NCBI GenBank assembly: GCA_964016885.1 | Contig: OZ024740.1 | Coordinates: 293,384,001 to 293,448,000 of the forward strand | Direction: 5' to 3' | Source of the DNA: Eledone cirrhosa | Lineage: Eukaryota | DNA length: 64,000 nt | Shown: positions 1 to 10,597 of the stretch, one piece after another | Layout of the letters: every line of letters starts with the position of its first letter | Position numbering within the stretch: the first letter of the stretch is position 1 | The notes under the pieces: model-generated | What the model was told of the DNA's origin: nothing | Seen by the model: only the letters and a program-made list of their open reading frames with translations | The model's database searches: none | Position numbers and translations under genes: made by a program

Positions 1-425
1 GTATTCTGAAAATTGAAGCACCCCAGACAAAAAGTGACAGTCGGTATGATAGGCTTGAGTACTGGGCATGACGAGAAAAATAAACTCGGCCTCTACTCTC
101 TCCACCACCACAATGAGAGCTACATCATTTATGCGATGTGGATAGTGTTACATCAATATTGTCGAAATGATGTTGGCATCAATTTTAAAATCTACCCAAG
201 GCTGGGTCTCCATGCTATTCTGCTCATACAAAAATCGACCTCGTATTACATAACGACATTACGACACAATTATTTCAATCTCCACTGCTCCTGTTCTCTT
301 TAATATCATACCAAAATATATCAAAGTAGAAAGAATCCCATCAAATTTCAAAGATCCATGGACAAATTTCTTCATGAAATTCCAGGTAAACTCCCTACAC
401 CCGGATATGTCTCAGCCAACAGTAC
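1..425 (+). mobile_element. Degenerate non-LTR retrotransposon (CR1-like) ORF2 3' end
   Basis: KLGLYSL...YIIYAMW...YPRLG and MDKFLHEIPGKLPTPGY-like C-terminal motifs, with stops and frameshifts. Confidence 0.6.
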
Positions 426-490
426 TGTACAGAAGTGTGCCATATATATGTATATATGTATAATTATTTTAGACAAATAACTTTTTTAAT

Positions 491-582
<92 letters not shown>

Positions 583-2303
583 CAATAATCAGTGTTGGCT
601 GAGCCAAACAATCGACCAACTGTCGTGTAATCAAACATAAGCACTCCACATCATAGGTATCATAAGGTATTATGTATATGGTACCAGACAGAATATCAAT
701 ACTAAGAAAAAGAAGAGATGTGGTTTCACATATACAACTTCAGTTTGCCACATGATACCTGTTATGTACATTTCAAATGTCAATATGTAACAGTTATCCA
801 AATCTCGGATTGCCAGCATCAGATTGCTGGCAACCAGAAATATTCAGAATCTAACGAATAAAGCCCAATAACAGCATAAAGTGTTTTTAATGTTTTTCAT
901 TTCCACCAACACTTTCATTTCGCCCTCTCATCCTCACCATCTCAACCTTTCGATATTTATCGTAGGATACAGTTAACTATAATACGAATAATTTCCTACG
1001 GATTTATAGCCGGATTAGTTGAAAACACGAAGAAAACCTAATAGCAACATTTGTAAATAAACATTTCAACTCACTCAACGCCCCAGTGTTTATTAACTGG
1101 CATTCGATACGGGTCCCGGCCCTGCTCTTTGGAGCCGCCGTCAGTTTTCTCGAAAGATGCTCCAACACAATCTCTTGCATCGGCATCCTCCTTCCACCCA
1201 GATTTTGTTTTAAGGTTGTATATGTGAAAGTGAATAGGCGAATGGTGCAATACTCCGCCGCAATAATCGCGAATGGCCTTTTTGCTAGACATGCAGACTT
1301 CTGGTGTCATTTGGGCCTAGGACAACCTCCCTATTTACCGCCATCGGCACAGAGTTGGCTACCCGCAGGTGTGAGCCTCGCGAGCTGGAATGATTCTTCC
1401 AGCGCGTCTCCCTCAACATCCTCCGGGAAAATGCCTTCTCTATTCTGAACATCGCTTACAAACGAAAGCTAACAGAAATACCCATAAAGACAATCTGAGT
1501 TAGGCGGTGGGGCGCCGAAAGGCCTTCTCGGCAGCAATACCGATGTGTAATGGTTGAGACCCATACAGAAAATCGGTTGCGAAGAAATGCTACCACGAAT
1601 ACAACACCTAAAACTCAAGGGCTGACGTTGGTGGGCGAGATTATGTTGGAACAACCTTCGGGAAGGTCTTGTGATTGAAAAGGAGTGATAATCAGGAAAT
1701 CCTTCTATTTTCAATTTGCTAGAAATAGCAACCAATTGCGGAAAGGCGGCTGTGCGTGTGTGTCTGTGGGCGTATGCGCGCGCGCACAATCACACACATT
1801 TAGCAATTAAAAAGCATTATGATTTTGTGATTATTCACACAGAAACACACACACACATGAGTAATTCCATATCAAAGTAAGCGATAGTTTGATCCGACAC
1901 CCACCCCTTCAAAAATCAATGAAAATTGGCTCGGTATTAGGGATTTCTAATATGGCAAACCTGGCCAAATATTAGGTCAAATGACCATGAAAATTGATAT
2001 CTAACCTAATTTTCAGATGAAGAATAACGAAAACCTCTAACATTGTGCTACAAACATTGCATCATGTCCTATTTCAGGGATAAATATAGACCTTCAAATT
2101 TCAGGTTTACCAAACCTTGTCACGTGAATTAAGCTTTTACTCAAAGTGTCCTACATGCATTGTAAATGTTCTTACATATGACGGAAGATACTTAGAAGAG
2201 ATCATTTCATACAAAACATTAACTTGGGTTCTCACTTCCTTCAAATGTTTTGGTACATAAACATTTTGAATGTTTTCACCTGAAACCTCTATACTACTTA
2301 CAG

Positions 2304-2411
2304 AAATCCCGCCGAGGTTGACTTTGCCTTTCATCCTTACGGGGTCGATAAAATAAAGTACCAGTAATGCACTGGGTAATTGCTGGCCTTGTGCCTAAAG
2401 TAGAAACAATT
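2304..2411 (+). mobile_element. SINE family 1 (tRNA-derived, Nin/Deu-like core), partial
   Basis: aaatcccgccgaggttgactttgcctttcatccttacggggtcgataaaataaagtaccag...gtagaaacaatt. Other copies at about 7975-8157(-), 14213-14394(-), 17355-17528(-), 27144-27325(-), 41138-41262(-), 41465-41598(-), 42888-42964(-), 43284-43468(-), 47069-47182(-), 51220-51360(+). Confidence 0.85.
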
Positions 2412-2599
2412 ACTTACAGAAATGTAATCTTATCAGCTCAATGAAACTTGAGTTAGATTTAAAAGAGATTTTAGATGATATTGTATTATTATTGGAGTTT
2501 AGCTTTAATTTGCTAATAGTTGCATTTATGATCAGAAGTGCTGATAATTATAGTTAAATTATTGCATCATATCCAAATTACATGATGATTTAAGAACGT

Positions 2600-3015
2600 T
2601 CAACAGGATACAACTAGCTATTATAAAAGCGATAGATTGTGGGAAACGAAAAGTTGAACAAGTAGAAGAGGTAATAACTAAAAAGGTTGCTACATAACTG
2701 AAGCCAGATCCAGAACATCTTCAACCATGAAAGTATAGAGAAGATAAAGTAAACAGTGAGTTGAAAACAAAAGCTAGTGATATTGATCACTTAGTTTGTG
2801 AAATGAAGGAAAAACTCATGACTTCAACATGCCATCAAAAGCTTCAGTATTGTCATTAATCCCCAAATGATGGTCAGTAACAATGTATGTAGCCAAGAAA
2901 TTTGGGGTATCCAGGCGTGTCATGCAAAAGACAATGATTTCGAGAGAACAAAGAGGAATATTGACTACGCCAGACCTTATTGTTGGAAAGTGATTGAGTA
3001 GTGAAATTAAAATCC
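2600..3015 (+). mobile_element. DNA transposase remnant (HTH-containing N-terminal region; family uncertain)
   Basis: Frameshifted translation DHLVCEMKEKL...QKLQ-LSLIPK-WS...VAKKFGVSRRVMQKTMISREQRGILTTPDLIVGK resembles a common metazoan transposase N-terminus. Confidence 0.45.
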
Positions 3016-3571
3016 TTAATTAATTTCAACAATGTCAGTATTCCGTGTGTCATAATTCTCGATTATCATTGGTTCATAGGTTTCAAACGACTCCGCCCAC
3101 CTCAACGACGCCAAACTTAAATTAATGTGCATAATGCCAATGAGCGAGTGAGAGGGGAGAGAGAGGCAAAGTGAAAGCTGTGTTTGGATACACTATGTAT
3201 ATGTGTCAGTGTAGAGACGTGTGTGTGTGATGTGTGTGGAAATAAGAGGGGAAGGAAAGCAATAACTATTAACATGTGTGCGTGTGTATGTACATGCGCG
3301 TATGTTTATGTGTGCGTGCGTGCAGCGTTCCACAGAAAGTAAAAATTATCAATATGTGTGAGTGTGTGCGTGTGTGTAAGTGCACGGGTGCGTGTGTAAG
3401 TTTGCGTGCGTATGCGCGTTTCCATGCGTGTATATGTGTGTGCGTGCGGCATCCCACAATCGCCACGCAGTTTATCTGTCTGTGTGCCTGTCTGTCAGTC
3501 TAACATACACAGAGTTGTGAAGTGAGTAAATAGGGACCCTTTTTTACATTGACGGACATCTTTTATATTAA

Positions 3572-3899
3572 TTATCTATATCTATATCTACATAACAGAT
3601 TGGAACTTCCATCATCCTTTTGAGAAACGTGGAACAACCACGTCTATGCAATGATACACGTTTTACAGTCAGGCAGAAGATGAACCATCTCCTAGAGTTG
3701 TTCATATACTATGCACAAACGGTACAACGAAGAATCTGGTATATCTGGAAGATTTTTTTTACTGTTTTTTGTATCACACAGGCACCACGGACTCGCGTCA
3801 TACTGTAACCAGACAAACATCCAATACAGTCATTTTCTCTTTTACCTGTCTTCTCTTATCCTCTGTTTACCCGGGCGAAGCTGGGTACGTCAGCTAGTA
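3572..3899 (-). mobile_element. Non-autonomous Helentron/Helitron-like element
   Basis: Minus-strand terminus actagctgacgtacccagcttcgcccggg with a short hairpin; other end in atctatatct. Homologous to about 28364-28470. Confidence 0.55.
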
Positions 3900-4162
3900 T
3901 ATATTAATAAAAGGAATTCCAACTTTGTCTGATTTACTCGTTTTATTTACAATCCTTTAAAATTATAATGATATTATAATGAAATAGTATGGTAGAATAT
4001 TAAATGTTAATTGAACAAGTACTTTCATTGCGAAATCATGAAAGTACTTGTTCAATTAACATTTAATATTCTACCATACTATTTCATTATATCATTATAA
4101 TTTTAAAGGATTGTAAATAAAACGAGTAAATCAGACAAATTTGGAATTCTTTTTATTAATAT
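3900..4162. repeat. Near-perfect hairpin (about 125-bp arms, about 8-nt loop)
   Basis: tattaataaaaggaattcc...caagtactttcat / atgaaagtacttg...ggaattctttttattaata, with only a few mismatches. Confidence 0.9.
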
Positions 4163-4363
4163 AATCTTCTATACACAATCATACACACCCGTTTATATTT
4201 ATTTATATATATATATATATATATGTGCGTGTGTGTGTGTGTGTATGTGTGTGTGTGTATTTATGTATGTATGTATGTATGTATGTATGTATGTACATGT
4301 ATGTATACGTATGTATGTATATGTATATATATATGTATGAATATATATGTATGTATATGTCTA

Positions 4364-4439
<76 letters not shown>

Positions 4440-5074
4440 ATAAAGTGTTGGCTGAGCTCTTGTCGTTTCAACAGCTACTTCTAGGTCTGGAACTAGCTGT
4501 TGAAACGGCAAGAGCTATACTCTCCTACCCTAAATATGGAGTACTCTGTTGGATAAGGGTCTAACTAGTTTTAAACTGGTTCTATATTGATACATATTTG
4601 TATATAGATTTACTTAAATAATCTTAGGTTAACACAACAATAATTTACCTTGTTTTAAACTATACATTAAGTAGACAATTCAAACATAAAACTCCACTGT
4701 AAATTAGATATAACTCGAAATTTTGAGGCTGAAATGATGCATGAAACAAGAATAGGTTAATCATATATTAAAGTAGGATTTATTCATTTTCATTTCGTAT
4801 TACATACAATCACCATCTATATAATATATAATGAAACTTAAAAGAACACAACACAAATTTTGGCATGGGTTGAAGGAAAACTAAATATGTTATATTCAGT
4901 ATGCAGTTGACCCTCATTAAACTAAGGCATCAAGAGAAATTTTCAAAATCGAACGATCAGTACTCAAGATTTCAAATTTGTTGTTTTATTACTTATTTCA
5001 AAATATCGCTCAAAGGGGGTTATTCCTATATCTGTTAAGCCCTCACACATTTAAATTGTAGTTAGAGTGAGTAC

Positions 5075-5530
5075 CTTCTTCTTCTTCTTCGCTCACATAT
5101 TCCTGAGAGGGCCGTGGAGGCAGTCCTCAAACACTCCTGCCAGTGGGTTCTGTCAGAAGCAACCGTTTCCAGTTGATCCGGCTGGACCCCTAAGCGAGAC
5201 CAGACAAGCTCATGGATGTTATCCAACCATCTTGCTTAGGGTCTACTCCTGGGTCCCCTGCCGTTTGGTTTTACCCATAAAATCTGTCCAGCGATTATTT
5301 CATGAGACATTCTAACAACCTGTCTATAGTATTGGAGCTTCTTCTTCGACCACTTATTCCTGAGCGGGTCGTGGGGAAAGAGTCCTCAAACACTCCTTTC
5401 GGTGGGTCCTGTCTGAAGCAACCATCTCCAACTGATCCTGCTGGATCTCCTGCCGGTTGGCTTTGCTCGTAAAATCTGACCGGTGATTCATACCTGAGAC
5501 ATTCTAACCACATACCCACATATAGTGGGT
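5075..5530 (-). mobile_element. RTE-type LINE family B 3' ends (two tandem fragments)
   Basis: Homologous to 31210-31990(-), 45660-45870(+) and 54720-54950(-), which encode GRP-ARWLDNIHEL...LETVASDR. Confidence 0.7.
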
Positions 5531-5531
5531 A

Positions 5532-5596
<65 letters not shown>

Positions 5597-5602
<6 letters not shown>

Positions 5603-6006
5603 TGTATGTATAGTATATCTGGCGATATACTGTATGTTTAATTAATACATTCATGTATACATCGCTATTTCAGAGCACCAATCCTAATTTTCAATTTTTA
5701 CTGGACCGGCAATCGCTCTGTATAATCAGTTCCTGATGATTATTGGAATTCTATAAGAATCCAGCCTCTATAATTTTCAACAAAGGTCGGCGAGTGTTAA
5801 GCTCTGATGAACACCAACAATGTGAAACAGATCTGTCAACTTATCTCCCTTTCCTTGTTGAAAAAAGAAGTAAGTGACATAGTCACTACTTTAAAATAAT
5901 AACGCAAGGTCTTCAAAATGTTTTCAATTAAACATACAGTATATCGCCAGATATACTATACATACATTCATGTATACATCGCTATTTCAGAGCACCAATC
6001 CTAATT
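5597..6006 (+). mobile_element. Short non-coding HHR element with 45-bp direct terminal repeats plus a 5' inverted segment (retrozyme/PLE-like)
   Basis: Direct repeats 5645-5689 = 5962-6006 (period 317). 5598-5645 is the reverse complement of about 5926-5971. Flanked by (TA)n; contains an HHR. Confidence 0.75.
5797..5844 (+). ncRNA. Type I hammerhead ribozyme motif
   Basis: taagct-CTGATGA-aca(ccaacaa)tgt-GAAA-c-agatct-GTC-aactta. Palindromic stem III; stem I has one mismatch. Confidence 0.75.
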
Positions 6007-6022
6007 ATATATATATATATTT

Positions 6023-6300
6023 GAAAGTGCATGGCTTAGTGGTTAGAGCATTGCAATCGGGAGGTTGTGTGTTCGATTCTTGGACCGGATGATGCGTTGT
6101 GTCCTTGAGCAAGACATTTTATTTCGCGTTGCTCCAGTTCACTCTGCTGTAGAAATTATTTGCCACATGACTGGTACCAAGCTGTATCGGCCACTAACTT
6201 TTTCTTGGTGGCGTGGAGAGGGGAGACTGGTATGCATGGGCAACTGCTGGTCTTCCACAAACCCCCATACTTCGGGGGGGGGGGGACTTTCTAGATGTAA
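6023..6300 (+). mobile_element. SINE family 2-related copy (tRNA head plus CORE-like tccttgagcaagacac domain)
   Basis: A-box tggcttagtgg and B-box gttcgattc; central gtccttgagcaagac. Related fragments at about 7270-7398(-) and 61660-61740(-). Confidence 0.7.
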
Positions 6301-6849
6301 ATTCCGTGGTTATTTTTGACCGAATGGGTCTTTATATTATATATATACATATATATATATATATATGCGCAGAAAGTTCAGTAAATCCGAAGAAAACTGG
6401 TGAGAGAACCAAAGTCAGCATTCGATGCAGAGTAGAGATGTTACATAGGAGATTTATTGCTTAATCCTAGTTACAAATGTTTCTCAGGCAGCTGGCTCGT
6501 GATCTGGGATGGCGCACCCAGACCAGACAAGACTCCAAGACTGCCGGATGCTCAGGGCAGTGCTAACACAACAAAAACCACATCAAATCAGTGGACGAAT
6601 CAGCAAAATCACAAACAGGCATATAAAATGACCAAACACGGGCCTAGAATTCAACGGACAGACCTATCTCGAGCATCATACACACACACACACACATGTA
6701 TATATATATATATATATATAGTGTAGTGAAAAATTAGAAGGTTATATCTCATGCATGGTTGTGACTTATTGAAAATCCTCTTTACGTGAAACGTGTGTTC
6801 TCAAGTATGGTTTTGGCAATTGTTGTGGCATAATTACACACACATACAG

Positions 6850-6882
<33 letters not shown>

Positions 6883-6956
6883 TATATATATATATGGCGC
6901 ATGTTCTCGGACGTGACACCCTTAAATTAAATTTGGATATTTATATATATATATAT

Positions 6957-7079
6957 ATAGGAACAAGTATGACCCCGACGGCAGAGCTCAAGCCGTTTCA
7001 ACGGCTATTTCTGGACTGAGTCCAGAAATAGCCGTCGAAAGGGCTTGAGCTCTCCCGTCGGGGTCATACTTGTTCCTAT
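6957..7079. repeat. About 58-bp-arm hairpin containing the 3' half of an HHR
   Basis: ataggaacaagtatgaccccgacgg...tctggac / gtccaga...ccgtcggggtcatacttgttcctat. One arm reads GAAA-CGGC(ttgagctct)GCCG-TC-ggggtc. Confidence 0.8.
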
Positions 7080-7669
7080 TACCCACTCTACTACCCTAAG
7101 TTTTGAGTACTTTGGTGCGTTATGGTGAATCTGGTTCCTTACCACAATTCCTTCGTAATATATATATATATATATTAAAAAGGATCGATCGACTTTCGTC
7201 AAATCGGACCGAGGAAACAATGTTTTCGTCGGTCTTTCCAGTTGTTAATACTATCTATCGGTCGCAACTCCAGGTAGAAGAAGCAACGTGAAATAAAGTG
7301 TCTTGCTCAAGGACATAACGCATCGCCCGGTCCAGGAATCGAACTCACAATCTCAAGATTGTGAATCCAATTCCCTAACCACTCAGCCACACGCCTTCAT
7401 ATCATAAAACATGTCTATAGAATCACAAGATAAAATATATACTATTTCCTCTCCCAATTAGCATAATTAACTATATAAAAAATCGAATAGACCAGGCTAT
7501 ACGAATGAGGCTTCTGTGAAGGAATCTCCAACATATAACCAAAACTAGCGCTTCGCGTCGGCTGTAGTGGAATATTTATCGAATATTTCGACAGCGTAAT
7601 CGCCTAGATACAGTCAACTAAGCAGAATTAGGTTTAAAATAAATAGGAGAAAATAGAATACATTTAAAT

Positions 7670-7757
7670 ACCTCTACCATGGTTTCGTCCGTGTTTTGAG
7701 TTTTCCAATAATTATGTAATAATTATATAAACTCGAGCGCCGGATTCTTCAGGAAGC
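7670..7757 (-). ncRNA. Type I hammerhead ribozyme with extended stem II
   Basis: Minus strand: gcttc-CTGAAGA-atccg...cggac-GAAA-c-catg-GTA-gaggt. Stem I 5 bp; palindromic stem III accatggt. Confidence 0.75.
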
Positions 7758-8166
7758 TCGCTCATATCTAGACATTAAATTTTCCAAAACGATCGCGCCA
7801 AGAATTCATTTCAAAATGGCTAAAAATTGTGACGTAGTCGCGGTCAAGTTGGAAGGGGTGTGGTAGTTGCTTACGACTGGTGGCATTTTTGCTAGAAAGC
7901 AATATATATATAAAATTTTCGCTCGACATGGTTGAATACAATAAATGTAATCTGAGTTTTCGAATATTAATAATTATTTCTTCTTTTGGAACAAGGCCAG
8001 CAATTATCCCAGTGCATTACTGGTACTTTATTTCATCGACCCCGTAAGGATGAAAGGCAAAGTTAACCTCGGCGGGATTTGAACTCAGACCAGAAAGGGC
8101 CGTAACTCTTTGCTGCAAAGCATGGCGTCCGACACTCTACCGATACTGCCAATCCACATTCGAGTC

Positions 8167-8646
8167 GTAACAGCCGTACTAAGAATGAGAAATGAAATTT
8201 CGTTTCATTTTTTCCATTTATCATTTTCGGTGCGCCCGGCCGATTCACTCACTCGATATGCAAATTCGGCTGCTCAGCCGTTAATATACATAAGGAAAGT
8301 ATATACTTTCAGACGTTCAATCATCTGGCAGGAAGGTATACGGTGCTGACGATAGCTAATAAGCTTAAAACTAGTACATCGTTCCTTTGTCAGTGTTGAA
8401 CAAAAAGGCAACGATGGTTGCTAAACACTGTACAGCTTAATTCGGGATGTTTGTTTACAAACAAACCGAACATTATAATAAATGTTCGGTAAATCTATAC
8501 GTACATATATATATATGTGTGCATGTATGTATATATATACATACTACTGTACGTCTGTATACATATAAGTATGTACGTATACATACTTATATTTAAGTAA
8601 CAGCCGTACTAAGAGTGAGAAATGAAATTTCGTTTCATTTTTTCCA
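8167..8646 (+). mobile_element. Short element with about 50-bp direct terminal repeats containing a degenerate HHR
   Basis: gtaacagccgtactaaga-tgagaaatgaaatttcgtttcatttt at 8167 and 8597 (period 430). HHR at 8341-8381: cggtg-CTGACGA-tagct(aata)agctt-AAAA-ctaGTA-catcg (G12A). Confidence 0.65.
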
Positions 8647-8821
8647 TATATATATATGTGCGTGTGTGTGTGTGATCTGAGTTTTTCGAATATTAATAAT
8701 TACATTCGATTCGTTTGCAATTATGCAAACAAGCCTTACATGATTGCAAACGAATCGAATGTTATTATTAATATTCGAAAAACTCGGATTACATTTATTG
8801 TATTCAGCCATGAAGAGCGAA

Positions 8822-8877
<56 letters not shown>

Positions 8878-8914
8878 GAAACGCTATATATATATTTCGT
8901 TTCTGAATTTGTTT

Positions 8915-10559
8915 AGCAAGATTCTTTATCTGAAATCGTGTGTTGAAACCGATATTGTTATACTTTGGGAGGGTCATGTTGCCAATAAGAAACACACGCA
9001 CCAGTTGCTTTCACTTCAATATATTATATATTTATAAATTTATAAATTTACAAATTTACAAACTTATAAATTTCTGGTTGGTTGGTTGGTTCCACAACCA
9101 GATAGTTGTTTATATATAGTCATAGTCCTTTCGTCACACACTCTGTGACCTCTTCAGTGACTGGGGATTCCTTTCTTCGTTTCTGTGCCTTTCCTTTCTT
9201 CTATCCTACGCCATTTTGTTTCTGTGTGTGTGTTGTGTGCTCAGTTTGCGCATGCGCCACATCCGGGTGTCTGTGTGTGTTTGTGTTCATTTTTCTATTT
9301 GTTTATTTATTTATTTATTGTTGGTTGGTTGTTTGTTCTATGTGTGTGTGTGTTTTCATTTTGTGTGTGTTTTCATTTTGTCCTTAATTGTAAGTTGTTT
9401 GTTCTATGTGTGTGTGTGTTTTCATTTTGTCCTTAATTGTAAGTTGTGATGTTGCTGTTCCACTCATATTTTCTATTTAATTTTGGTTTTAATTCTTTTA
9501 TGCTTACTGCCTCTGTAATTTGCCTAAACATTGCGTCTTTTCTGTGTGTGGATTCTATTTTTATTTATATGCTCTCTAATCTACCCCTGTGTTCTATCTT
9601 AGCATGTTGGTGGAGCACAGATGATTCTTTATTATCTTGGAGGTCTCGCCAGTGTTCATTTATTCGTTCCCCTATACTACGAGCTGTCTCACCTATGTAC
9701 ACTATATTTTTGTTTCTACATTGTCCTTCAGTACATCTTATGCTATACACTACATTTCTAGTTTTACAGTTAATATGGGGGCTTATTTTACAGGTTATAC
9801 ATTTCTTATCTATACATGAGGGTCTTTGGAACGGGTATGTCTTGCTAATAAGTGTTTTTACGGAGGTACCAGGTCTTTCTACTATCTTAATATTGAGATT
9901 ATGTTTATTTAGGGCCCTTCTAAATTTGTAGGCTAGTTCGTGTACACAGAAAAGACGCAATGTTTAGGCAAATTACAGAGGCAGTAAGCATAAAAGAATT
10001 AAAACCAAAATTAAATAGAAAATATGAGTGGAACAGCAACATCACAACTTACAATTAAGGACAAAATGAAAACACACACACACATAGAACAAACAACTTA
10101 CAATTAAGGACAAAATGAAAACACACACAAAATGAAAACACACACAGGACAAAATGAAAACACACACACACATAGAACAAACAACCAACCAACAATAAAT
10201 AAATAAATAAATAAACAAATAGAACAATGAACACAAACACACACAGACACCCGGATGTGGCGCATGCGCAAACTGAGCACACAACACACACACACAGAAA
10301 CAAAATGGCGTAGGATAGAAGAAAGGAAAGGCACAGAAACGAAGAAAGGAATCCCCAGTCACTGAAGAGGTCACAGAGTGTGTGACGAAAGGACTATGAC
10401 TATATATAAACAACTATCTGGTTGTGGAACCAACCAACCAACCAGAAATTTATAAGTTTGTAAATTTGTAAATTTATAAATTTATAAATATATAATAAAT
10501 TGAAGTGAAAGCAACTGGTGCGTGTGTTTCTTGTTGGCAACATGACCCTCCCAAAGTAT

Positions 10560-10567
<8 letters not shown>
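8915..10567 (-). mobile_element. Penelope-like element (Neptune-like), 5'-truncated, with an inverted copy of its 3' end
   Basis: GIY-YIG endonuclease (NCKTRNVVYSIRC...VYIGETARSIGERINEH) in 9565-9943, continuing by frameshift to RQITEAVSIKELKPKLNRKYEW. Inverted arms 8952-9547 / 9944-10567. Confidence 0.9.
10357..10401 (+). ncRNA. Type I HHR in PLE terminal repeat (mirror copy at 9118-9162, - strand)
   Basis: agtca-CTGAAGA-g-gtcaca(gagtg)tgtgac-GAAA-ggaCTA-tgact. Perfect 5-bp stem I, 6-bp stem II, extra nucleotide after A9. Confidence 0.85.

Positions 10568-10594
<27 letters not shown>

Positions 10595-10597
<3 letters not shown>

Noticed and set aside
1015-1030. 16-mer attagttgaaaacacg shared with 39831-39846
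   Set aside because: The flanks do not align, so chance cannot be excluded.
4203-4511. ORFs rich in YI, CV, HT or RE repeats (here and throughout)
   Set aside because: These are translations of (TA)n, (CA)n and (GA)n microsatellites.
9106-9449. Hydrophobic duplicated ORFs (also 10042-10413)
   Set aside because: They are antisense reading of low-complexity pLTR arms.
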